Shown here: in pieces, positions 9,646 to 17,274 of the stretch
Layout: the number at the start of each line of letters is the position of its first letter
Numbering within the stretch: position 1 is the stretch's first letter
Notes under the pieces: generated by a model
What the model was told of the DNA's origin: nothing
Seen by the model: only the letters and a program-made list of their open reading frames with translations
The model's database searches: none
Assembly (NCBI GenBank): GCA_964013405.1
Contig: CAXGWI010000026.1
Coordinates: 1-30,888 of the forward strand
Direction of reading: 5' to 3'
Source: an uncultured Myxococcales bacterium
Lineage (GTDB): Bacteria; Myxococcota; UBA4151
DNA length: 30,888 bases
Position numbers and translations under genes: made by a program

Positions 9646-11846
9646 TATTTGTCCTTCCGAACGGGGCGTAGGGGGGTGCTCACCCTCCCACCGCAGTCTG
9701 TGGCGGGATGGTAGAGCCGCCCCTCGTGGTTCATGATCCAGACATCCAGATCCTCCCCGCTGCTGTTCAGATCGGCTACAGCACAAGCGATGAAGGTTTT
9801 TTGGTCGAGATCGATATGCGCGTTGTGCGCGGCGCATACAGCCTTGGCCCGTTCCTGGGTGACGCCTTTGCATTGGGGGCCTCGGCAGGGGAGACACTGT
9901 CCCTCCTTTGAAGTACGGCTGGGTCCACCGGGGTCGTCGCCTTCAATGGGCCCCGAACAGTAGGTGTAGCGATTCGCCTCGAAGGTTTGCTCTAGTCCGA
10001 GTTGATCCCAACTTCCCCACTGGTCGTGTTCAGAACGAAAGACGGACTGAGCTTGGTAAAGGCGTCGGAGGTTCACTTTCGCTTCAGCCTGCTTCGCTCT
10101 GCATTGCTGTTGGATGAAGTTGGGGATGCCGATCGCTGCGATCAGGGGAACGATGGGCAGATTGACGCCCCGACGCATGGAGTAGAGCTCGTCCTCGTTC
10201 AAATGAAGGGCGCTACTCAAGTCGGCATAGGGCAGCAAACGCCTCTGCATGTCAGAGGAGCCAGAGGGTTTCTCTTGGGCCGGTTCTGTTGTCTCGTCTG
10301 TTTGCGTTCCCTCCATAGCGTCTGCAAGGTCACTGAGTGCGTTGGCTGTCGCCTGAAGTTCGGCCTCTAGCTTCGGAATCAGGCGCTTAGCGAAGTCCTT
10401 GAGATCAGCTTCGAGTCCGTAGATCAACGTCGCTTCCTTGAGCCCCGATTGGCCTGGCTTAGCAGATTGGGTCTTTAGGAAGCGGCCCACGGCCTCCTCG
10501 CTGGCGCCGATGATGATGCCATCTTGGGTCTGAATCACCGTGGGCGACAGCCCAGGCATGGGGCGGGGAAGGGGCAGTCGGAGGGCCTGTTGACCCTCGA
10601 TTGGTCCTTCCTTTGCACCCTTGCTGATGAAGAAGCCGCGCAAAGCACGAAAGACTTTCGCACTGGCCTCGTCACCATCAGCCCCAAGAATGAGCAGCAG
10701 ATCTGCTGGGCTCATCGTCTTCCAGTCCGTGCTGAGGCTGGATTTCGGGTAGGTGAGAAGGAGCTCACCGTTGATCCCTGCACTGAATTCGGGCCAAGCG
10801 AGCCCCAGGGTATTGCCCATGACCATGGCCAAGCCTTGAGCCTCGCCGAGTTTCGCCCGAGTCTCCGCCATTTTGGCTGCTTCTTTTGCATCTACAAAGT
10901 CGGGGATCAGGGCGAGAAGGCCATCAAAGAGCGTGGAGAGGTTGAGACGCAGACGGATCTGTATATGGTCTCGATTCAACACCCGGTCAGCGGCTTGGGA
11001 GGGAAGCCGAGCGGGCCCGAAAATACCCCCCAAGCCCGTCTTGAGTTTGTCACCGAGAAGGAGTCGCCAGCCGTTCATGCCTTGGCTGTCATAGCTCCAG
11101 GACATGGCTCGAACATAGCGCTCCATTTCGCCTTGTTTGAGCCCGGTATCGGCCTCCCACTTCCGGGCGATGGGCCCCATATAGAGCAAGCCCAGAGCCT
11201 CGGGCTTCTGGGACGGACGGAGCCGGCTGTGCTCCGGTGAAGCAGCGAGACGCTCACCGGGGCTTGTAAGGGCCTTCCAGGGGCCAGGGTGCATCCCTTT
11301 CTGGTCCGGGGACTCGGCGGCCACAAAAAGAATGAAGTCACCCTGCTGGTAGAGGTTGGCCCGGGCTTTGCCATCCAATAGCAATTGCCGCTGACCCTTC
11401 CCCGGGGCCGAGTAGGTGACGACGGGTTGATCGATCAGCGCATCGAGGGCGGGCAGGAGCTTGTCCAAGTCCTTGGCCTTGAGGGCGACAACCAGCCGAA
11501 CGGGCTCCAGCAAGAAGCCGATGCCAATGCCTGCATCGATATCCACACCGATGGAGCGCCAGCCTTCTGTTTCAGTGGGATCAAAGCCGAATCTTGCCAG
11601 CCACTTCGTCATGTCCTCCCTGTTCTTATCGCCTGGCTTTGAGAGGTCCCGGAACAGCTTGACGCCTTCACCCAATTTCTCACTGGGGTTGCCGAGGTAG
11701 CCGATTGCAGCGGTGTGTCGGGCGGGCAGCTGTCCTTCGAGGAACTCCAGTGTGGTGGCAGATCGGCCATGAACCCGCCCTGCCCCGTGCTGGCATGCAG
11801 TCGAAAGAACGAGCGCTGCAAGTGCGCCGATCGCTTGTCTCGTCAT
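9645..11846 (-). CDS. Lipoprotein (~733 aa) with a large DUF3352-like N-terminal region and a C-terminal PilA-like type IV pilin domain
   Basis: Start revised to ATG 11846 (GGGAG SD; MTRQAIGALAALVLSTAC lipobox). C-terminal LIAAIGIPNFIQQQCRAKQAEAKVNLRRLYQAQSVFRSE...NRYTY...FIACAVADL...DVWIM follows the deltaproteobacterial PilA pattern. The DUF3352 resemblance is tentative. Confidence 0.72.
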   Translation of the reverse strand: MTRQAIGALAALVLSTACQHGAGRVHGRSATTLEFLEGQLPARHTAAIGYLGNPSEKLGEGVKLFRDLSKPGDKNREDMTKWLARFGFDPTETEGWRSIGVDIDAGIGIGFLLEPVRLVVALKAKDLDKLLPALDALIDQPVVTYSAPGKGQRQLLLDGKARANLYQQGDFILFVAAESPDQKGMHPGPWKALTSPGERLAASPEHSRLRPSQKPEALGLLYMGPIARKWEADTGLKQGEMERYVRAMSWSYDSQGMNGWRLLLGDKLKTGLGGIFGPARLPSQAADRVLNRDHIQIRLRLNLSTLFDGLLALIPDFVDAKEAAKMAETRAKLGEAQGLAMVMGNTLGLAWPEFSAGINGELLLTYPKSSLSTDWKTMSPADLLLILGADGDEASAKVFRALRGFFISKGAKEGPIEGQQALRLPLPRPMPGLSPTVIQTQDGIIIGASEEAVGRFLKTQSAKPGQSGLKEATLIYGLEADLKDFAKRLIPKLEAELQATANALSDLADAMEGTQTDETTEPAQEKPSGSSDMQRRLLPYADLSSALHLNEDELYSMRRGVNLPIVPLIAAIGIPNFIQQQCRAKQAEAKVNLRRLYQAQSVFRSEHDQWGSWDQLGLEQTFEANRYTYCSGPIEGDDPGGPSRTSKEGQCLPCRGPQCKGVTQERAKAVCAAHNAHIDLDQKTFIACAVADLNSSGEDLDVWIMNHEGRLYHPATDCGGRVSTPLRPVRKDK

Positions 11847-11895
11847 GGCTAACTCCCTGCAGCCCATAGTCCGGTGTTCCCGCTTGTGACAACCG

Positions 11896-11911
11896 TGCGG
11901 TCTAGACCAAT
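11896..11911. promoter_or_regulatory. Candidate GntR/HutC-subfamily (dre-like) operator in the divergent promoter region
   Basis: Perfect palindrome GGTCTAGACC at 11899-11908; the minus strand reads ATTGGTCTAGACCGCA; lies in the 115-bp intergenic region. Confidence 0.3.
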
Positions 11912-11961
11912 GGCGCCGGTCGTGTGTAAGCTCCTTCGCGAACTGTTTTGGAGCCCAAACG

Positions 11962-14550
11962 ATGGCCTTCTTCGGGCGCGGGAAAGACGACCGCAAATCG
12001 CCGATGGTTCGTTTGCAACGATCGGATTACCAGGGCCCAACTGAGATGCGGCAACTCATCAACGAGGTCCTCTCTGGCAGGGGCCTGAAGGCCCGCGATG
12101 TGAGCTGGTCGCTCTGTTCTCCCCGCCAGGAGCTACGGGCCATGGGGCTGAAGGTCCTGAAATCCCACTCCCTGGATTATGCCAAGCTGCTGCTGGCTGA
12201 AATGCAGGGGAAATCAAACGCTGAAATGCGTAATCTGATGCTGTCAGCTGCTGAGTTCGATGCCGCGGTGGTCACGACGGTGGCGCAAACGCTGATGGCT
12301 GAGACCAACGCACAGCGTCGGGAAAAGGGTTTCTTTCTCGTGCGCCAGGCACCTCGGGAAAAGACCCAGAGCCTCTTAGGTACGATGATCAAGGGCACCG
12401 ACCCGGAAGCCCAGGTGGTGGCCATCGACCTGCTCAAAGATGATCCGGAAGGGCTCAGGCGGGTCGGGCTTGGCGCCGCCGAATTGCAGCGCATGTGTGA
12501 GAGCGATGATGAGCGGATTCGCAGAGCGGGTTACGATTTGCTCAACGCGATGGGTCAAAGAAGCCGCGAGCAGGACCGCCTCCTCCTCAAGGGCATCACC
12601 GATGAGAGTTACCAAATCCAGAGCCTCTGTGCCCGAACGATCGGCCAGATGTTGGCCCAGGACGACGAGGAGATCGAAAGTGGTCTCATCAGTCTCCTCG
12701 CCGATGGCCGTAATCAGGTCCGTACCGCTGTCGTCGAGACCTTATCCCACTGTCCTCAGCCCCGGCGGGTGATTCGCCGTTATCTCAGCTTCATTAAGGA
12801 CCTGCCGGGCTGGGTTCGGGAGCGGGCCTTGGACAGCCTCAAGAGTTTCGGTGACCGACTGGTGGATCCCATCGTCGAACTCATGGGGGATCCGGATCGA
12901 GAGATTAAGCTCTTAGCTTTGGGCATCGGCGGCACCTTTGAAGACGAGCGCTGTGTTCAGCCCATTGTGGGCATGCTGCAAGATGAGGACTGGTGGACTC
13001 GAATTACGGCGGCGGAGACGCTGGGCCGAATCGGTGACCGACGGGCTGTCGATGCGCTCATCAAGTGTCTAGACGATAAGGATGTCCAGTGGGCTGCCAT
13101 CGAGTCCCTCGCCATGATTAAGGACAAGCGGGCGATCAAGCCGATGGCCCGCTTTCTCAATCACGAAGCCGATGAGGTCCGGATGGCAACCGTCGAAGCC
13201 TTGTCTGCCTTTGAGGACCCTGGGGTGGTGAAGGCCCTTCAGGACCGGGTCAAAAATGACCCAAGCGCCGAAGTTCAGCGCCGAGCCATCGAGCTCATCC
13301 GTGAGATCTCGGACAAAACCGGCAGCACGCAGGACGTGAAAGCCCTGGAAGCCATGGCCGCAGAGCGAGCCAGAGAGCGCTCAGGGGGTAAACTCGACGA
13401 CCTGCTGATCAAGGCCCGTCAATTGCAGTGCAGTGACGTGCATATTGCGGTGGGCCTGCCGCCGCTGTTTCGCACCGCCGGGATTATCGAACCGGTTGAA
13501 GGTGAGGAGAGGCTCGACGAAGCGGCGGCCAAGAAAGTCCTCTGTGACATTCTCACTGAGCCCCAACTGCAGCTGCTTGAGAAAGACCAGCAGATCGACT
13601 TCTGCTACGTCATCCCCAACGTCGGGCGATACCGGGCGAACATCTTTATCCAGAGACTTGGCCTGGGAGGGGTCTTCCGGATTATCCCCGGGATCGTTCC
13701 CACCTTCCGGGATGTGGGCCTGCCGGATTATCTGACGGCCGTGACCAATAACCACCAGGGCTTGGTCGTTGTTTCTGGACCGGCAGGTGCAGGAAAATCA
13801 ACAACTTTAGCGGCCCTTGTGAATCTGATTAATGAGCGCAAGCGAGCCCATATTCTCAGTGTGGAAGAGCCCGTCGAGTTCGTCCACACGATGAAGCAGA
13901 GTTTGGTGAACCAGCGGGAGGTGAATAAGCACACCCAGAGCTTCGCCAATGCGCTGCGGGGGGCTTTGCGTGAAGATCCGGACATCATCGTGATCGGTGA
14001 TATGCGGGATCCGGAGGTCATCAACATGGCCCTCGAAGCTGCGGAGACGGGCCACTTGGTCATCGGCACCATGAACACCACCAGTGCCCACAAGACCATC
14101 GATCGAGTCATCGAGAGCTTTCCGCCCAATGAGCAAGACGCTGTGCGATTGGCCTTGTCGGAGACCCTGCAGTTGGTGATCTGCCAGCGGCTCCTACCCC
14201 GAGCCGACCAGCCGGGCCAGGTCGCTTGCTTCGAGATCCTGCCCTGTGTTCAAAATGTGCGGACTCTCATTCGCGACGACAAGGTTTACCAGCTTCCAGG
14301 CATTATGGAGTTGGGTAAGACTCAGGGCATGCGCACTGCCGACATGAGCCTGGAGCAACTGATGGATGCCGGGCGAATCACCGCAGAAGATGCCTACATT
14401 CGGGCTGAGAAGAAGGAGACCTTCGAGGGCATGGTGAGTGCCCAGTTCCTCGCCGAGGTTCAGGCTCTTGAGCCGGTGAAGAAGGACGATCAGGACGGTC
14501 CAGGTAAGAAGCCCGCTACGACCGGTGCAGCGCAAGGGAGGCCCTCATGA
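11962..14550 (+). CDS. HEAT-repeat domain fused to a PilT/PilU-family type IV pilus ATPase
   Basis: Roughly the first 460 aa carry HEAT/PBS-lyase-like repeats (e.g. DEDWWTRITAAETLGRIGDRRAVDALIKCLDD). From ~13387 a PilT domain: SDVHIAVGLPP, GRYRANIF, GPAGAGKSTT, ALREDPDIIVIGDMRD, AETGHLVIGTMNT. Confidence 0.88.
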   Translation: MAFFGRGKDDRKSPMVRLQRSDYQGPTEMRQLINEVLSGRGLKARDVSWSLCSPRQELRAMGLKVLKSHSLDYAKLLLAEMQGKSNAEMRNLMLSAAEFDAAVVTTVAQTLMAETNAQRREKGFFLVRQAPREKTQSLLGTMIKGTDPEAQVVAIDLLKDDPEGLRRVGLGAAELQRMCESDDERIRRAGYDLLNAMGQRSREQDRLLLKGITDESYQIQSLCARTIGQMLAQDDEEIESGLISLLADGRNQVRTAVVETLSHCPQPRRVIRRYLSFIKDLPGWVRERALDSLKSFGDRLVDPIVELMGDPDREIKLLALGIGGTFEDERCVQPIVGMLQDEDWWTRITAAETLGRIGDRRAVDALIKCLDDKDVQWAAIESLAMIKDKRAIKPMARFLNHEADEVRMATVEALSAFEDPGVVKALQDRVKNDPSAEVQRRAIELIREISDKTGSTQDVKALEAMAAERARERSGGKLDDLLIKARQLQCSDVHIAVGLPPLFRTAGIIEPVEGEERLDEAAAKKVLCDILTEPQLQLLEKDQQIDFCYVIPNVGRYRANIFIQRLGLGGVFRIIPGIVPTFRDVGLPDYLTAVTNNHQGLVVVSGPAGAGKSTTLAALVNLINERKRAHILSVEEPVEFVHTMKQSLVNQREVNKHTQSFANALRGALREDPDIIVIGDMRDPEVINMALEAAETGHLVIGTMNTTSAHKTIDRVIESFPPNEQDAVRLALSETLQLVICQRLLPRADQPGQVACFEILPCVQNVRTLIRDDKVYQLPGIMELGKTQGMRTADMSLEQLMDAGRITAEDAYIRAEKKETFEGMVSAQFLAEVQALEPVKKDDQDGPGKKPATTGAAQGRPS

Positions 14551-15671
14551 GCGAAGGGGGGATGGAGACCAAGCGGATCACCCGCTTTCTACAGTTGATG
14601 ATCGAAAAGGGCGCCTCTGACATGCACTTCAGTGTCGGGCGCCCCCCCATGTTCCGATTGTCCGGTGAGATCGATCCGCTCCGCTACCGAGTCTTGTCCA
14701 ATCGAGACTATGTGGACCTCATTCGGCCCATCGTGGAGAAGGAGGAGGACTGGGAGCACTTTCTGACGACCGGGGACTTAGACTTCTTCTTTGCCGTGCC
14801 CAATCTCGCCCGTTTTCGCGCCAACCTGTTCATGCAGGAAGGCGGATTCGGCGCTGTGTTTCGTGTGATTCCGACCAAGATTTTGACCCTTGATCAGCTG
14901 GCGATGCCGCCGGCGGTGAAGAAGATTTGTGACATGCGCAACGGGCTCGTGTTGGTGACGGGGCCCACCGGCTCGGGTAAGTCCACCACCTTGGCGGCCA
15001 TCATCGATAAGATGAACAAGACGCGAAAGATGCATATCATCACCATCGAGGATCCCATCGAGTTCGTTCACAAGCACCAGCAAAGCGTGATTACCCAGCG
15101 GGAGATTGGGACCCACGCACCGAACTTCAACTCAGCCCTCAAGGCGGCCGTGCGTGAGGATCCAGATCTTCTCCTCGTGGGTGAGATGCGGGATCTCGAA
15201 ACCATCACCCAGGCCTTGAATGCTGCGGCCGCAGGCCTGCTCGTCTTCGGTACACTGCATACCAACTCCGCGGCCAAGACGGTCGATCGTATCGTCAATG
15301 TCTTTCCCCAGGAGGAGCAGGAGGCGGTGCGGAGTATCTTGGCCGAATCCTTGAAGGGGGTTTTGAGTCAGCAATTGTTGAAACGGATCGGTGGGGGACG
15401 GGCCGCTGCGGTGGAGATCATGTTCTCCGGCGCCGCCCTGCCGAACCTGATCCGTGAAGGGAAAACCTACCAGCTGACCGACTACATAGCGCGCGGGAAA
15501 AAGGCTGGGATGCTGACCATGGACGACGCCTTAGCCAAACTGGTGAACGAGAAGGTTGTGCCTTACCAGCCGGCCTTGGAGAAGGCGATCGATAAGCTGG
15601 AGTTCCCAGCGAAGATCGATGCGGAGATTTTCGCTGAGGCCAAGCAAGCGGCTGCGGCGGGAGCCGCCTAG
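14547..15671 (+). CDS. pilT: PilT/PilU-family type IV pilus retraction ATPase
   Basis: ASDMHFSVGRPP, RFRANLF, GPTGSGKSTT, TIEDPIE, REDPDLLLVGEMRD, FGTLHT, NLIREGK; ATGA overlap with the upstream gene. Confidence 0.92.
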   Translation: MSEGGMETKRITRFLQLMIEKGASDMHFSVGRPPMFRLSGEIDPLRYRVLSNRDYVDLIRPIVEKEEDWEHFLTTGDLDFFFAVPNLARFRANLFMQEGGFGAVFRVIPTKILTLDQLAMPPAVKKICDMRNGLVLVTGPTGSGKSTTLAAIIDKMNKTRKMHIITIEDPIEFVHKHQQSVITQREIGTHAPNFNSALKAAVREDPDLLLVGEMRDLETITQALNAAAAGLLVFGTLHTNSAAKTVDRIVNVFPQEEQEAVRSILAESLKGVLSQQLLKRIGGGRAAAVEIMFSGAALPNLIREGKTYQLTDYIARGKKAGMLTMDDALAKLVNEKVVPYQPALEKAIDKLEFPAKIDAEIFAEAKQAAAAGAA

Positions 15672-15719
15672 TGGGCGGGCGGTTCATGGCTCAACGCTCG
15701 TCGTTGAGAGGCAGGCTTG

Positions 15720-17252
15720 ATGGGCAAGCCTGAAGCTCAGATCCGTCAAAGCCTTGTAGAGGGTGATGGCGGTGAGGGAAGCCACGGGCCCGGTCCAGCC
15801 GAGTTGGAGAAGCACCCTTTTGTGAGTGGGGTGGGCTGGGTCGATCCTAAACTCCAAGCCAAGTTGGAACGGGGCGAGCCCGTGGGACGGCTGGAACGAA
15901 GTGCAGCGGGGCCCCGGGTGATCACACCCATGCCCGGCGTGCTCGTGATGGCCAACTGGCGGGTCATGGTCGGTTGGAAAGATCGTCCCGTCCCCAGGGC
16001 TGATGCGGCGCCGAAGAAACCATCGGTCGAGGCAACGACCCCGGTGACGCCACCAGCAAGCGCTCGGTCTCAGTCCGAGACCCCTTCCGAGCCGGCGGCC
16101 CCAAGCCCGAGGCCGGCGGCTGCCACCGCTGCCGGGCCCCGCCCAGAGGCGGCAGCGCCAAGGCCAGACCCCCGTCCCGTCCCGTCCCGTTCCGAGCAGA
16201 CCTTGGCACCAAGTTCTCAGCCTTCGACAATTCGTCCGGGCCCCGGAACAGAAGCGAGGCCTGGACCCCAGCAATCCGTTGCGCCATCGCCAAGGCCAGC
16301 CCCCACACCCGTTGCGAGCCCGGCCGAGCCGGCCCCGGCACCGAGTCGTCAGCCTTCGGCGCCCAGTCCTCCGCCCGAACCTGCGGCGAGGCCTGAGCCC
16401 CAGCGCCCAGCAGCCCGGTCACCTTCGACCATTGAACCGGTCAAGCCAGCAGCACCCGAAGAGCCCAAAGCCCCGGTTCAGCCGGTCGTTGAAGCCCCAT
16501 CGAGCCCGTCCTCCGCCGCTGCGGGCGCGCAGCCTGCCGGTCAGGGAGATGAGCCCCAAGATGGCGGGGGCGCTCGGGTTGTGTTGAGTCCGGAGGTTCT
16601 GGCTTCTGTTCCCAACTTCTACCGAACTGAGGTGCGACCCGAACACGGATTTGAGGCTCGGGAACTCTATATTTTACAGCGGATGATCGGCCGGTTCACT
16701 TTGAAACAGTTGATCGCCATGCGCCTCGGGATGAACGATGGGGAACTTGGCGACCTTTTGGCGAAAGCGCTGACCCATGGCGTTTTGACCGGCTTACCCC
16801 CATCGGCCATGCCCCCATCGAAAGGGGCCGACCAGCCGCAGCTGCGGGAAGCCCCAACGACCGCCGAACGGGAGCCCGCTAAGCCCGCTGAGCCCGCTGA
16901 GCCCGCTGAGCCCGCTGAGCCCCAGCCACCGGCGCCAACTGCCCCGCAACCCAGGGCTGCTAGGCCTCGGGCTCCCGAGATGCCAGTAGCTACCGCCCCG
17001 GTCGTTCCCGAGTCGAGCAGAGAACCCGAGGAGAGCATGCAACGGGTGAGCGGCTCGGCCATGCCCATGTTTCACCGGGATCGTTATCGCCCCGACTATG
17101 GCTTCACCCCCCAGCAACTCTACGTCATGCAGCGCATGATTGGTCGCTTCACCGTGGATCAATTGATCGCCATGCGTCTCGGACTGCGAGAAGGTGAAGT
17201 CCACGACCTGCTGATTCGGGCCGTGTCATTGGATGTTGTCACCCTGGAGTGA
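15720..17252 (+). CDS. Pro/Ala-rich protein with two copies of a ~63-aa domain (winged-helix-like); function unknown
   Basis: Long open frame after pilT with an internal duplication: LYILQRMIGRFTLKQLIAMRLG versus LYVMQRMIGRFTVDQLIAMRLG. Conservation of the duplicate at protein level supports this frame as coding. Confidence 0.7.
   Translation: MGKPEAQIRQSLVEGDGGEGSHGPGPAELEKHPFVSGVGWVDPKLQAKLERGEPVGRLERSAAGPRVITPMPGVLVMANWRVMVGWKDRPVPRADAAPKKPSVEATTPVTPPASARSQSETPSEPAAPSPRPAAATAAGPRPEAAAPRPDPRPVPSRSEQTLAPSSQPSTIRPGPGTEARPGPQQSVAPSPRPAPTPVASPAEPAPAPSRQPSAPSPPPEPAARPEPQRPAARSPSTIEPVKPAAPEEPKAPVQPVVEAPSSPSSAAAGAQPAGQGDEPQDGGGARVVLSPEVLASVPNFYRTEVRPEHGFEARELYILQRMIGRFTLKQLIAMRLGMNDGELGDLLAKALTHGVLTGLPPSAMPPSKGADQPQLREAPTTAEREPAKPAEPAEPAEPAEPQPPAPTAPQPRAARPRAPEMPVATAPVVPESSREPEESMQRVSGSAMPMFHRDRYRPDYGFTPQQLYVMQRMIGRFTVDQLIAMRLGLREGEVHDLLIRAVSLDVVTLE
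16171..16190 (+). repeat. (CCCGT)4 pentanucleotide tandem repeat inside a CDS
   Basis: cccgtcccgtcccgtcccgt read directly. Confidence 0.85.
16872..16922 (+). repeat. 9-bp in-frame tandem repeat (GAGCCCGCT), about 5.7 units, encoding EPA/KPA
   Basis: gagcccgct aagcccgct gagcccgct gagcccgct gagcccgct gagccc. Confidence 0.9.
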
Positions 17253-17274
17253 CGGGACTCCGACTTGAACCCAC

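Noticed and set aside
9646..9897. 84-aa N-terminal extension of the SDR in the ORF track
   Set aside because: It overlaps the upstream gene; the true start is likely ATG 9645, with a TAATG overlap just before the Rossmann motif.
11847..11996. 50-aa N-terminal extension of the pilin-fusion ORF
   Set aside because: It would overlap the divergent gene; ATG 11846 has an SD and gives a clean lipoprotein signal.
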